Positions 1 to 15,104 of a DNA stretch of 64,000 bases are shown here, in pieces. The notes beneath the pieces are model-generated. The model had not been told where the DNA came from and did not search any database. It saw only the letters and a program-made list of their open reading frames with translations. The DNA is from Octopus sinensis (lineage: Eukaryota): assembly GCF_006345805.1 (NCBI RefSeq), contig NC_043000.1, positions 43,834,001 to 43,898,000 on the forward strand. Reading direction: 5' to 3'. How positions within the stretch are numbered: the stretch's first letter is position 1; each line of letters opens with the position of its first letter. The translations under genes were made by a program, and so were the position numbers.

Positions 1-2607
1 AGTGCGTTTACGTGTGCGAATTTGTGTTTGCTTTTTTACATGTGTGTGTATTGTGTTATTTCTCTGTGGGAGCGTGTTTTTATTCATACAAGCATGCTTG
101 CATATCTCTATGTATCCCTACACTCCCATAATTCTTACACGCAGTAACCAGCAGAAATGTATACTAACGTAATTAAACCAATCACCTTTTATAAGAAACG
201 AAGGTAAGAGTTTTTTGGCCTAAACTGATCGAATAATTCATATTTTATTTGCTTTGTAACTCTCAGATTCAAATTGATAACTTATGAGAAGAAATTTCCA
301 CTAGAAAATTCAATTAAATAATTTGACAACCAAATTAAATAAAAATAAACAGAAATTATATAATTTCTAAATTAAGTAACAGAAATTGATCATACCAACT
401 TGTAATTTATTAATAATTGCAAAAATGTTCCGTAATGGACTGGGCTATCTATGAGAAAATGATGATTGATTTTCATTGAACAATGGAATAATTTGTTTTA
501 TTCTTGGGTGACATTATTATAATCGATTCAATTTATTCTAGGGTGCAACTTGTAATTTTTTCCTCGATCCCTCAGTGATAATGAAGCAGTAAACACAATT
601 CAGCACTTAAGCTCCAAATATGGAATATTGGAAATATAGAATATTGAAATATGCTCAGAATTTTAAACCATACCTCAGAGGGTTCAGCGTTTTCCGCTCG
701 ATTCCACTCTTACTTCTCCTCATAGAGCAAGTAGGCTCTTAAATAGAAAGGTAGAGTTCTGGTAGAATGCATTGTTGTTTAATTAGCAATTCATGCTATT
801 CTATTCAAATGCTTGCTAAATATCAAGCTCTCACAATATAGACGATTTCTGTTTGTAAGCTTTGTAAGATCGTCATCTGAAACGTCCATACTAACCAAGA
901 TACTCAAGGATTATGACAAAAGACATTTTCTTTTTCGACATTTATGGTCCACACACTTATTCCACCAGAGTAGGAGTGCTTGGATACTATTAATGAAGAG
1001 AGATATCACCTCATCAGAATTACGAAACTGGCTCACAGTCAAATGTTACTATTTATTTTTGACGTCTTCTTTGAAGAGTTACTTGCATGCTTCCAGGAAA
1101 TACATAAATTTCTAATAAGACGGGTTTGTACATACCACGCACAGATACATGCGTAATCCTACTTACATTGTATCTGATCTCTTTCTGTTAATTGAAAGCT
1201 TTCTGTTAATTGAAATATGAATTGGAAGAGACACATTAGGACGTAGTCATGTTATCCAGCAAAGTGGTAAAAATGAGGTGACAGTTATGTCGGACGCATG
1301 TAAACTGAATACCTAGCATGAATGCGGAAATATGACTAATGCAATAAATCTACATGTGCGAAACATCACAAACGAAGTTCTGAGAATATACGAGTGTGGA
1401 AAACTAGATGTTTAGCTTTGGTTTGATGGTGGCAGTCAAGAGCAATTTGAAAACTTATCATATGATGTGCAAACGATGATAAACGATGATATTTTCTACG
1501 AGTGGCATTGGCAAAGAAAGAAAAAAAAGACATGGCGAACACGAGTATGTTTGCACTTCTGTATTACTGCGTGTGACTATACTTTTTCCTTCATATTTTA
1601 TTTGGCTCTCACTCCCGTTTGCCTCTCATCTCAAATGTTCTGGCTTTTTTACTTTCGCTTCTCTTTTGGTTGATCATTAAAAAGTTTAGTGTTTCTATAT
1701 TATACATCTCGTATATTACATAACTCTTCACCTGCCGTTCAAAATACATAACGTTCTTTACTTCTCATAACATCTCTCACTGTACGATATCTCTGTGTGC
1801 AATCAACCAACCATATCCTGTTCAACTTTATAACATTATTGACTAATGATTTCATGAACAGCATGGTAACATTTGTATAAATTAACTAATTCTGAAATAA
1901 GTAATCACTCCACAATTTATATTATTTACTTCCGCACAGTAATATTTAACAAACCGTACGCCCCACTGCCTTCGTATCCTCGATGTCATTGAATTTGTTA
2001 TGGTCTTATTTACGCCCACATCTTCATTGTCACAGTCCAGGCGTAGTGAGTACGTTTCCATCTGCTTCGGGATGAGCATCTTTGCATCTGCTTCGAGTGA
2101 GAATCTTTCCATCAGCTTCGGGATACCTAGCGAAGTTAAGGAAGTAAATAATAAATATTAGAGAGGAGAAAGTGCAGAAGGCAGTAATTTACGGGCAGAA
2201 ATTTACTCATAACGTTTCTATCACTCTTTTCAAGTGAAGCCACCTAATAGCATTGCAATTTTTTTAAAGTTCGATACCATGTGATAGTAACATATAAACA
2301 AAACAAAACTGTATGGTCTTGTTCCTATTTCAGAAATCATTCTTATCGGTACGCGTTAGACTAATCTGCATTACAACATACATCATACTTAACTCTGGTG
2401 TATTTAGCATAATATTTATGGAAACGTTTACTCTATGTCCACGGTAGCCATAAATCATTTGATAGAATTTTTTATAAATAAGTGTATGGAGAACCATTAT
2501 ATTTTAGGTGTTTCAAATAGTTTGCTTGATCATGTCTAAATATGGAATGTCCTGCTCTCTTGATGTTTCGACTTCTAAGGAAAGAGAAATAAAAATCATT
2601 TACATGC

Positions 2608-2651
<44 letters not shown>

Positions 2652-2720
2652 CTGTGTCTGTGTGTGTGCATGTGTGTGTACACACACACACGCAAATGTA
2701 TATGTATGTAAATATATATA

Positions 2721-2752
<32 letters not shown>

Positions 2753-3566
2753 GTATTAATAAAGTGAGTCTGTAAGAAACAGCTTCACATGTGCATGCTA
2801 TGCTCATTCGTATTTGTTATAAATCATGCAGGAAAGAAAGTATATACATAGTTTTGTGTATGTGTGTGTGTGTTTGTATGATTTAAAAGGGAGTGGTGTG
2901 CTAAAAAGGAAAGATATAAGTCACGATTTCTTACATAACATCGGTTTTGATTTATTACATATTCATGTTATCAGATTGAAAATCTCTCTCTGATAGAACG
3001 ACTCCTCTAAAAATCATCTTTCAATATCAAAGACTTCAGAAATCATACAAGAAATATTTTTTGCCAGAAGTTATCTCACATTAATCTTAATACGACAATA
3101 CTGCCACATTTTAAACAATTAATCTTTCAGTTTCCTTCTCCATGCAACATTCGGTCGCCATTCTTAAATGAGTGAACTATAGACGATTGGAAACTGTCTA
3201 TATGTCATGGATGCATTTGAAAAATATTTTGGAATATTTCGTTTGATTTCATACAAAATAAATCTATATTTTAAATCGCATTCGTAAAATTTTACTAATA
3301 CATTTTTGTTCCGCATATATAGATACAAAATTAATAATGACATTTTAATAAATGAGTATAATAAAATTAAATTAGATATTATCGAACTAAAATATAAGTT
3401 TACAAATGTGAACCATATCTACAAGTGCAGATTCAAAACTACGTAAGATATAGAAAAATGCAAATAAGCATTCACACATTCATGTATATGAATGCATATA
3501 TTTACAAACACACACACACAAACACACACACATCTGTATATATGGGTACAGGGCATCACAAGTGTA

Positions 3567-4112
3567 AAAAACATGAAATACGAAAACAAATGAGTCTAAT
3601 ACGAAAACAACAAGAGGAAAAATGGAAACAGGACAAATAAGACAAAGAACGACTCTTCATTAGTTGTCGGCTGTATATCTACTTATTTCTCGCACTGAAC
3701 GGCAATATTAGTCTTCGAAGATATTTGCTCTCTAAATAGCTATAGACGTCTTCTCTCTCTCTCCCTTTTATCTTTTATCTTTTCAAAGAAAATGATTCTC
3801 CAGCGTTCGCTATTTTACTTTCGTCTTGGTCTAATGATATTTCATGATTGTTTTCATTTGATTTCCTTGTACATATCTCCACTGTCATGTTTTTGTTCCC
3901 AACTTTAACCCTCCATAAATTCAAAATTTTATTTTGGTATTTATGGGAGCAACTGTTTTCGAAGACATATTGTCGCTCACTGCTCGAAATGAGGAGTAGA
4001 CAGACAGCCGACAACTGATGAAGGTACGTTCTTTGTGTTACTTGTCCTGTTCTCCATTTCACTTCTCTCGTTTGCGTATTTAACTCATTTGTTTTCGTAT
4101 TTCATGTCTTTT
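3567..4112. repeat. Fold-back element: ~170-bp imperfect inverted repeats (3567-3737 / 3939-4112) around a ~200-bp spacer
   Basis: acatgaaatacgaaaacaaatgag...agttgtcggctgt...gtcttcgaa on the left is the reverse complement of ttcgaagac...acagccgacaact...ctcatttgttttcgtatttcatgt on the right. Confidence 0.8.
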
Positions 4113-5210
4113 ACTGTTGGTGACGCCCTTTAACCATATATACATATATATGTGTATGTGTGTGAGTGTGAGTGTGTGTCTGTGTCTGTGAGTGTGTATA
4201 TACACATATATATTATTTATATTGTAAGAATGCAATCTACATATTTGTAACGATAAGAAAAAGGAGACATATGTTCAAATAGAGTGTGAATAAATGAATG
4301 ATCATTGTCGATACATTGCATTAAAATGTTTGTAATGATTGTACTATATATGCGAAGACATTCGCTCAACGCGCGAACGTTTATCATATATGTAGCTTTA
4401 AAAAATGTTAAAGCCATAAAATAAACCAAGATCAATACGATTCACAATATGGCCCAGTGTTTTTAGTGCAGCAAACTATGAAAATTCTTTGTAATTTTCA
4501 CTTGCGCTTATAGAGCCATACTGCATTTAGTCAAGTCATAGTCTCGATGCTACATATCGATGCCCGAATAACACTTGAAAAACACGCTTGTTAGGGTATT
4601 GAGTATATGCATTCATGAGTATATGATTTGAACAAGAACTGGCAAAGTTATTAGATTTCGTTTATGATACTAACATTTTCTGAAACACCGTGTCTATTTA
4701 TATGTATATATATATATATGTATGTATATATACACACATATATATCAATAACTGTGCGTGTGTCTATTTATTATTCAATGCTTTGTTGATCATACACCTG
4801 TTTCAACAAAATACCGTAATAATTACTTAAAGTTGTACAAACACAATGCAATTTGACCGATGTTTCTACTCTTTGCATGCTGGTCTTGTAATTAAGAAAT
4901 TAAGAATTGCTAAAGCTCCAAATAAGTACACATTTCCCGTTCGGTCAATTCTCACCACCCTAGCGTTTCACGTAGTGGGCAAAGATGTATATAAATTTTT
5001 GGGATGTACAATTCCACGCAATTGTGATTGGAGTGCGATAAAAAATAAGATAGAAATATATAAATAGCTTATTCCTAGGTCTGTCTTTTGCGCGCTTCAT
5101 ACATCATTGGATATTAGAAATGAATGCAGAACAATTGACTCTGCTTGAAATATGATTACGGAATACAATGCTTTTATATGTGCGTGCGTGTGCAAGTGTC
5201 TGTGTCAATG

Positions 5211-5328
<118 letters not shown>

Positions 5329-5842
5329 TATATATACATACATACATATATAATATATATATATATACATATATACATACACAAACATATATATATACAT
5401 ATATATATGTATATATATATTTATATATGCATAAATGCATACTGACGAATATATATCGTTGCTATTATGTTAAAGTGTCGTATGTTCAAATGCATTTTTT
5501 TTTTCAATATTTGCTCGCAATACGGTTGTATTGGACAAACTATTGTATCTCCAGATACTTCCGGTGAAAATTGGGTAGGACAACAGTTTAGCATTTTTCA
5601 AATGTGTATTAGACCTCAATACGAACGTTTTTCAAAAATATTTCTCACTGAATATATCATACATGTATGGAGTTACAATTTCATGCACCTACGAAAGTAT
5701 TAATGTTAAGCTGAAACTGTTGCTAGTGTAAAATGAAATGGAATGGTGAAACTATTTTTTCGTTTTCTGGAAAAGCAACGTTTTCGACTTACTTCGGTAT
5801 ATTTCGGTATATTTGCATAATAGCAACGATATATATATATGT

Positions 5843-6230
5843 GGAGGCGCAATGGCCCAGTGGTTAGGGCAGCGGACTCGCGGTCATAGGATCGCGGTTT
5901 CGATTCCTAGACCGGGCGTTGTGAGTGTTTATTGAGCGAAGACACCTAAAGCTCCACGAGGCTCCGGCAGGGGATGGTGGTGATCCCTGCTGTACTCTTT
6001 CACCACAACTTTCTCTCACTCTTACTTCCTGTTTCTGTTGTACCTGTATTTCAAAGGGCCGGCCTTGTCACTCTCTGTGTCACGCTGAATATCCCCGAGA
6101 ACTACGTTAAGGGTACACGTGTCTGTGGAGTGCTCAGCCACTTACACGTTAATTTCACGAGCAGGCTGTTCCGTTGATTCGGATCAACCGGAACCCTCAT
6201 CGTCGTAACCGACGGAGTGCTTCCATTCCA
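5843..6230 (+). mobile_element. tRNA-derived SINE, apparently full length
   Basis: tRNA-like head with A box TGGCCCAGTGG and B-box-like GTTTCGATTCC, ~300-bp body, flanked by (TA)n. Confidence 0.85.
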
Positions 6231-6304
6231 TACATATATGTACACACATCTATATGCCCACACGGGCACGCACATACTTGTAATGTGTAAAAGTGTGTCA
6301 AAAT

Positions 6305-6860
6305 TTTAGAACGTTTATAAAGGAAAGGTCTTACAGCTGTTTCCAGGATATTTATTATTATATCATTTCATCGAAGACAGTATGAGAAAATGGTTATGCA
6401 ATAGTTTATTTCTGTATTCCTCTCTTCCTGTTCTTCTTATTTTTTCTTCTCTATTTTCCTTTTTTTTTCTCTTTTTTCTCTCTTCTCTTTATTCCTCTCT
6501 TCCTGTTTTAGATCTGACATTACAAATACATTCCCTATTTTTAGGTCACTTTAAGTAAAACTCTTGATCCAATAGCACTGTGTACAAACTTTGGAATGAC
6601 CAAGTTTAGATACTATTGGATTTTCCTCACAATGTGTTGGAATCTTATATGTATACCATTCTGCCTAAATAATGGATATACAAACGCAATATCCCTACAT
6701 ACCTCACATCTATTTTCATTCCTCCACTTCACTCTCTATTTCGCATCTTATCTAAATTAATAATTGCTTAACCATTTTCTCACACTGTCTCCGATGAAAC
6801 GATATAATAAATATCCTGGAAATAACTGTAAGACATTCTATTAATAAATGTTCTACAATC
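6305..6860. mobile_element. Small PLE-like remnant with inverted ~95-bp termini carrying degenerate hammerhead motifs
   Basis: 6305-6396 is the reverse complement of ~6769-6860. Both read gtct-[t/c]cgatga-stemII(gatat/atatc)-gaaa-(cagct/taact)gta-agac. Confidence 0.6.
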
Positions 6861-7067
6861 TTCACAGCCTTCGTTTTTTTATCTCATAGAAAAAACATTG
6901 TATATACACACGCTGATATATGACCTACGTTGGACTCCTTATTCGCATAATCACCGAACCTGGAGCTTATCTATGGTCTATCAATAGCACTTACTCAGCA
7001 TTACCTGACACCTTTCGGTCTTACTGACACCATTACCTCTCATAACCTATATCTATATATATATCAA

Positions 7068-7129
<62 letters not shown>

Positions 7130-7164
7130 TTTATACATATATACATATAAGCATACACACACGT

Positions 7165-7410
7165 ACAAATAAACGTCTGATGAAAAGTTCCTGGATTTGA
7201 ATAAAAGGAAATACGTAAGGATCATTTCATTATAACTTTATTCAACATGTTGTCGTCTCAAATTCACACACTTATTGGAGCGATCCTATTGTTTCTTTTA
7301 AGCCATGTAAAAGAAAGAAGAACGTTGTTCCTTCAACTAGGGTTTTTGCAATTTCTGTTAAGTTAGACTCTTTTCCACAACCCCTCATATTGCCGGCACA
7401 CTTATTTATT
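7165..7410. mobile_element. Possible Tc1/mariner-derived remnant
   Basis: TIR-like start (tctgatgaaaagttcc) followed by actttattcaaca...cacacacttattg, resembling mariner ends; no second TIR or transposase seen. Confidence 0.3.
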
Positions 7411-9892
7411 TTGGTTATCTATACTACATTATGTCATTTTCCTTTCGCCAAAACATTTGTGAACACAGTACTTTACATAAACTTTACTCCCTTAAATTTA
7501 TTTCGTATAAATTAGGTATATTTACTGGGAAATGGAACAAACATCATTTGGACAGCTGGGATGGACACAAACATCTTGACGCGTATGAGTTGTCACTTAT
7601 TATAACCTACACTATTTTGTGAATAAAGAGGACATCATAATTCTGTTTATCTTCATAATTTCTCAAATAAATGCTAAGTGATTGTATGGTGCTCTTGAAA
7701 CATTTTGTAACCACGAGAACGTCATGATCTTCAGCAAATTATAAGTTCAGTATTCATTATTGCAGGTTGTTATGATCTGGTTTTATGGTCTAATACACAA
7801 TTCTTTCTGTCTCAGCCTTCTTATCCATCTGGAAGATCTAGCCCGTCTTAGAATTTCATGGATTATTTGTTAACCTAAATTTGAAGATATCTCTTACTTT
7901 CAATACTAGTCATATAACTCAAGGAGGCACTAATTCCCTACATATTCTGAAATACAATGCTAATATAATTCTGTCCCCTCCATCTCCATTTTTATACACA
8001 TGCGTGAGCACACACATACACACACACACACACACACACATGAATACACACATATTCAAATACATACATAATTCTATACATGTGTTTATGAACATATACA
8101 TATGAATAGCTGCGCCATGTTCAGGTAATAAAGTGTTTCCTAAAATGTTTTATCCATAATTGGGTACAAAGTTGTCGTCCTGTTTATACATCATCTTCAA
8201 ATTTCACTTACCTTGTGACGTTTATATGAAATGCTATAAGTTGCGCTGGATAATTACATTTTTTTTATTGTTTTTATACTCAAGGTAGTGTCTTTAAAAT
8301 ATTGATTAACAGAAAGAAAACTGAATAATTAGATGTTCTTCAGACACAGGCAGACGTCTTAATTGCCTAAGATAGCATTTATATAATTGATTTCTGGTCG
8401 GGCTTGTTTTGCCATTGTCTGTTTTATTTTCTATTTTTCTGTTATAAATTGCATTTCACTGTTTATTGCTCGAATTAGTGTGGTTGAATATTTGTAATGT
8501 AACATATAATTTTTTTTTATTTCAAAAGTTCTTATATGAGACACGATAAAAGATATGAAAATAAAAATATGGTTGAAAAAAAAACAACTAAATATAACCT
8601 ATAACATAATAACAGGAGTAAAATCATTTGTCATGGCTTTTAAGAAATACTTAAAATTAAAGTTATCAGACGAAACTCTATGCAAACTTTTAAATGTAAA
8701 ATATATTCTGTATAAAATATAAATATGGGCATTTCTTTGTTTACATATATAACGATTTTGAAACACATCTGGAAATTTTCGTATGTAAATACATACACGC
8801 ACACTCACACACACACAGACAAGTCAGATATATAGCGTATTTGTTAAAAATCTATAATAATATTTATTAGTTTTCAAAGCAAATACAGGTAATCACTTTT
8901 GAATGGGGCACTGATGCAGCGGTGTTCTATGATGCTACTATCCGCATTTTTTTTTTTGTGTCTCTAGTTATGTCAGATTCACTATTATATTGACTATCCC
9001 TCAATTCTGTCCCTTCTAGTCTATCCACTCTTGCATATTGTCTATCCCCGAAAATGCAGCTTCATCGTGTTTGAGATATCTATATTCCACATATAATCTA
9101 GTTGCAGCGTCTTACAAAATTAAGACTACAAATATTGGCTAATATCTATTTTGAACTAAATAACGTGATTGCTATATAACTTCAGGAACTTTTTTACCGA
9201 GTTGATTTAATGATTTAAAGAGTGCATCAAAAACATTCAGTGCTTTTGTTTAAAAAAAAAAATTAGGATTATATAGTCCCTCCCTATTAGACTTAAACAC
9301 CAGTCCATCACAAAATTACACATTTTTGCCTGGTAAGTAAACTAGATAAAATAAAAAAATCAAATGTTTTGCTCAGGAACGCAACGCATCATGTGGTCCA
9401 GAAATCTCAACCAAAATCCTACGACCATGTGTTGCCCTCTAACCCCTAAACCACGAACTTGCACATTGCTACAATCGTTGCTATAGATATATGACTATAT
9501 AGTAAATATTGCTTACATGACGCGATATTTGTTCACATTTTAGCCATAGTAGCAAAGAGTTGTTTATGTTACCATCTGTACAAGTAAATGAACGCTGGTA
9601 CATTTCTTCTTCGTTTAATTTTATTTCGGGTATCACTTTTTTAAAACATTTAAGCAATATTACAGAAATCAAATTTATTTTTACTCGAAATCTAAATTTT
9701 TAATCAAACATTTATACAATATATTCCTGTTGTTGCATGTATTTGTAGTCATTGAACAAACTAATGAATATTATATTTGATATGGCATATTCTATATCTC
9801 TTCGTGCGTTAAATCATTTAAAGCTTATGTTTCATGAATACCGATATTGTCTTTATATATATATATATATAAACACACGCATATATATATAT

Positions 9893-9962
<70 letters not shown>

Positions 9963-10479
9963 AACGGGAACATACGCATTTTCATGGATATATAAGTGTG
10001 CATGCATATTTGTCTCCTACCGAGAAAAGACAAATTAACATGCAGATATAATTTTCAATGAAATTTCTGCCGATGTTTATCATCTGTTAATTGGAAACCT
10101 AATTGTTTGTCATACTTTAATTCAGATTAATCAAAATTTAATACATCTCTTCGCATTGATATACCTCAACGTTCCTTGTCACACATTCAAGGGAAAAGGC
10201 TTCTTGAAATTATCCTTATATTCTAAGTTCATCAACTTTTCATTTCTATTTTAAATGAGCAAAATTCTTTCGCTTCAAACTGTTTATTTTCAAATAAATT
10301 GGAAATTTATCATTTTCAATTCACCTCTAAAATTGTTTTGCGATTGTAACGTTAATTTTATAACGTGTAATTCAGTTTTCACTGATTGCCACTCTTCTTT
10401 ATTTGAGTACATTATCCTCATCCTCTGCACAAACACATTTAGCATGCTGGGGAACATATATAGCGGTATGTAGTCCGTC

Positions 10480-10615
10480 TTTATGATTTGGTCTCAAATT
10501 CCGCCGAGGTCGACTTTGACTTTCATTCTTTAAGGGGTCGATAAAATAAGTACCAGTTGATTAGTGGGGTCAATGTAATCGAATTACAGGCACCCCTGAA
10601 ATTGCTGGCCTTGCT
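10480..10615 (+). mobile_element. SINE fragment (gtcgactttg...ggggtcgataaaataagtaccagtt family)
   Basis: Homologous, in reverse, to the fragments at 40120-40270 and 48775-48890. Confidence 0.65.
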
Positions 10616-11461
10616 CCAATATTAAATGAGTTCGAGCTAGCAAATCTAACGAAATGATTAACGCCATTCTATAACCTACATTCGTACACATAAATATGTG
10701 AGCTTTGTCGGATTTACCATTTCAGATTCCGATATATGAATGGCACATTTGACCTTGGTGACATTACAATACCGACAAAGATGAGGGCAGCATACAAAAC
10801 TTGTGACGTATTTATTTCAAACAATTTGCCATTTTCGATTATTCCCTATCTACATGTCTGGGACCCTATTAAATCAGCAAACAACCGAGAGTCTCTGTAG
10901 GATTTATATTTGGCATGATATATCTGATTCAAATTTCGTTAATGTTTTGGAATGTACACATTTGTAAATCATTTCGAAATATTCATGGTCTACTTACCTA
11001 GATATTTGAAATATCAGAGAAAGGGGAATAACAAACTACAATCGAGTCATTTTTTTGGTTTTATTGATAAAATTTTGCTTTGAAAGAATTAGTTTTTGCT
11101 TTATTAAGCATATACGTATGCTGCGTAGTTCTATAGTTGAATGGATAATATAAGCAATTTCTGATCGCTATAAAAGCATTTAGAAAGTGTATAACTCTGG
11201 GAATTCTATTATCTTTGTATAGGATGTTTCACAAAACGGAGTGAATGTCTTATGTTATCATAAATTGTTTATAAACTAATGAATTGGTCAATTTTCTTTC
11301 CAAACCGATAGTGTCCTATCATATTAAAGAGAAAGAAAACTATTTGGTTTTATGTTCATTTGTTGTTAAGAGAAAAAGTTTACTGATGAGAATAGAGAAA
11401 TGAATCGTGCTGCAAAATGGAGGTGCACGTAGTACTATGAACACAAAAACAACTACGCACA

Positions 11462-11488
11462 GCTATTATTATTATATTATTATTATTA

Positions 11489-11557
<69 letters not shown>

Positions 11558-11598
11558 CTAGAGGTGCTGGTGGCGGTGGTGGTGGTGGTGGTGGTGGC

Positions 11599-11661
<63 letters not shown>
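11462..11661. repeat. Compound trinucleotide microsatellite (TAT)n-(TAG)n-(GGT)n-(TAG)n
   Basis: Directly visible; explains the poly-I/S/G/T ORFs. Confidence 0.97.
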
Positions 11662-11662
<1 letters not shown>

Positions 11663-12064
11663 CAGAAGAAGGTTTGAAGCATATATCACTATTATATATC
11701 ACAATATAGTGTCGGGAGTAAAAGAGTAAAGCAAAATCCGTTCAGAAGGGAAGGCAGCTCATTAACATCATATGCTATTAAAGTAAACATATTCCTAGCC
11801 ATATTTATAGATGTACTCTGTCTATTAGTTAACAAGACTTTCTAAAAAGATTGCTTTGGGCCTTTGCTATGTTGCAATAAAATTTTCCGATCTAAAAGTA
11901 TTTTCCTCATACTGTATATTTCTAACTAATATTCCTGGTTACAGAGTACATTTTATAAAAAAAAATGCAAAAAAGAAAGTAATGGTGTAAGTTTCCTACC
12001 TTCAATATTGCAATAAAAAAACGCAAAGTAGAATTTTTAAATCACAAAATTTTAAAAGTTGACG

Positions 12065-12144
<80 letters not shown>

Positions 12145-12299
12145 CAATATTTCTTTTTATGTTTTGATGTCATCAAACTTTCCCACAGAATATATAACAG
12201 GATATTTTGAGTTGTAATTTTTTCAATGTTTTTTTTAATTTTGGGGTTGATTTTCATTTTAAAATTTATAATTCAGTCTTACGTTTGCTGTTCTTTCCT

Positions 12300-12335
12300 T
12301 ATTATCATTATTATTAGTATTATTATTATTATTAC

Positions 12336-12383
<48 letters not shown>

Positions 12384-12417
12384 TATTATTATTATCATTA
12401 TCATTATATTATTATTA

Positions 12418-12465
<48 letters not shown>

Positions 12466-12503
12466 CATCTTCATCATCATCATCATCATCATTATTATTA
12501 TTG
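12300..12503. repeat. (TTA)n/(TCA)n microsatellite
   Basis: Directly visible. Confidence 0.97.
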
Positions 12504-13325
12504 TATTTTACAGGTTGTTTAGATACAAGAAAAAAATATTGACCCAAATCATTGGAAAATTGGCTTAGCAAATCAAAAGTTTTATAAATATCCAGAGGGT
12601 GATAATTTAATAGAAATCGGTAACTCATGTATTTGGTTCGTTTTGTTTTCGATGTTTTGCGTTATAAATATTGATAAAGATAGATCAGCACAAAATTTTA
12701 CCATGGATTCCAACATTTTCAAAAGCAGAAAATAGATACAATCGAAATGCATTCAGTTAAGATACTGTTTTATCATCGTTATCTTTTTGATATTTTTCCT
12801 ACGAATCTTGCGTACGTTTCTAAGTTATTATTATTGTGTTTTCTTATCACTTTTGAGTTTTCTTTTTACTCACTGTGTTTTTAAATTTTGTCAACGTGAT
12901 TCTGCAGCATAATCGTGTATTTCTGTAAATTTTTGTTTCTCTGCATACTTGTGTGTATGTGTGAGCGTGTGAGCGCGTAAGTGCGTGTATGTATTTGTGT
13001 GTGTATGAGTTTGTGTGTCTGCGCGCGCGTGTATGTTTAAATTATGAAACGAAAATAAATCAATGAATTTATTCAAACTAAAATTGAATGCCTTCAAGAA
13101 TGGGAACACTCATTCTAAATTAAAACAAAGAAATCTCTAAGGTTTTTTCGTCCCTTAGTAACAAAATTTCCAAAAAGTATATAAATTTGATGATATAAAA
13201 AGATATGTGATGAATACAAACTTATGTATCCTGGCTCCAAGTTGGGCTATTTACGGTTAAGCATAAAGATCAAATATACGCATTGATACGTCCACAAAAC
13301 TCACACGAATATATATGTCTCTTTC

Positions 13326-13600
<275 letters not shown>

Positions 13601-13637
13601 GTGTGTGTTTACGTGTATGCGCGTCTCTATACACACG

Positions 13638-13676
<39 letters not shown>

Positions 13677-14060
13677 TCTATGTATCACGTAGGTATGTGT
13701 TTGTGCCTGTACGTTATATGTACGGTATACATTTGTGTGTAAATACGCGTGTCTATACTCCATGATGCATATACCTGTGTGCAACGTAAGAGATATGGTA
13801 AGCAGACGTAAGATATCGTTAAATTCGTATGTAGGTACAAACTGTGCTCGTGTCACTGAACGCTAAGATAGCAAGCTGCGACAGCAGAGTTACACGTGTG
13901 GCAAGGATGATATTTTGGGACTGCATGTGAGGAAGAAAAACGATATTTCCGAAAATGCAGATGGCAAAAATGAGAATGCTGCTACCAGAAATTGTAAATA
14001 TATATATATATACAGACAAACAGACAGACACACATACATATATATATATATAATATATAT

Positions 14061-14103
<43 letters not shown>

Positions 14104-14115
14104 TATATATGATAC

Positions 14116-14219
<104 letters not shown>

Positions 14220-14372
14220 CAATGGGTGAATGAATTATCCTATGTTTACCGTTAACATGGAAAATTCAATGAACCGTTAACAGGGTAGCAAATTCACATG
14301 AGAAACACTGTTGAAGCGACCTATCCAAAGGTAGAAACTCCGGATTAATGCGCAGTAATTTGTGTGTTATAG

Positions 14373-14968
14373 ACGAATAGGTAAATAAACGGAGTTGAAC
14401 GAAGATGTTAATAAATTTCTTTTACTTTCGCCATATGTTTGGAAGACGACATGGTTTTATTTCAAAGGAATAAGCGGTGTAAGATGTAAACACACTTATA
14501 TAGCGATCATGCAAATGTTAACACTGGCAGAAACATACATTTTACTCATATAAGTGATTTCACCAGTCCTTATAGTTTGAACAATTAATTCAACTAGCAC
14601 TTCACTTCAATGGATAAATCTATTTCTAAGCCTTTGAACATTTTTTTAATCATCGTGTTCCCTCTCTATTTCTTCTCTAATTATTATTCCTTTAACACTT
14701 CTCTTCCTACTATCTGCCTTTGACGTCAAATGTACTAACGGTTTTTTAAAATAATTAATAACTTTCTGTTTATCATGTAGGCAGTCATCGTAATTGTTAT
14801 AAAGTCTTGTTGATGAGAGAGGCTCTCTTTCTTTCCTGATGAGAAGATTGCATCTTACACCGTTTATTCCTTTGGAATAAAACCATGTTGTCTTCGAAAC
14901 ATATGTCGAAAGTAAAATAATTTTATTAGCATCTTCGTTCAATTCCATTTATTTACCTATTCGTCCTT
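14373..14968. mobile_element. PLE-type remnant: pLTR with hammerhead plus an inverted, truncated pLTR copy
   Basis: 14373-14490 is the reverse complement of 14851-14968; flanked by (TA)n on both sides. Confidence 0.75.
14831..14912 (+). ncRNA. Type I hammerhead ribozyme with intact core and extended stem II
   Basis: Stem I ctttc(14831-35)/gaaag(14908-12), core CUGAUGA (14836-42), stem II gaaga/tcttc, GAAA (14896-99), stem III c-atat-g, cleavage triplet GUC (14905-07). Confidence 0.85.
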
Positions 14969-14981
14969 ATATATGTATATA

Positions 14982-15015
<34 letters not shown>

Positions 15016-15044
15016 TATGTCTGTATGTATATATTATCTGTTTG

Positions 15045-15093
<49 letters not shown>

Positions 15094-15104
15094 TTTACTG
15101 GTGT

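Noticed and set aside
813-1680. 100-aa and ~65-aa ORFs
   Set aside because: No recognisable domain or splice context; lengths expected by chance
2055-2123. Three ~26-bp degenerate tandem units (tttccatctgcttcggga...)
   Set aside because: A small minisatellite with no further support
5843-5920. tRNA-like sequence
   Set aside because: It is the head of a SINE: no acceptor-stem closure or CCA context, and it continues into the SINE body
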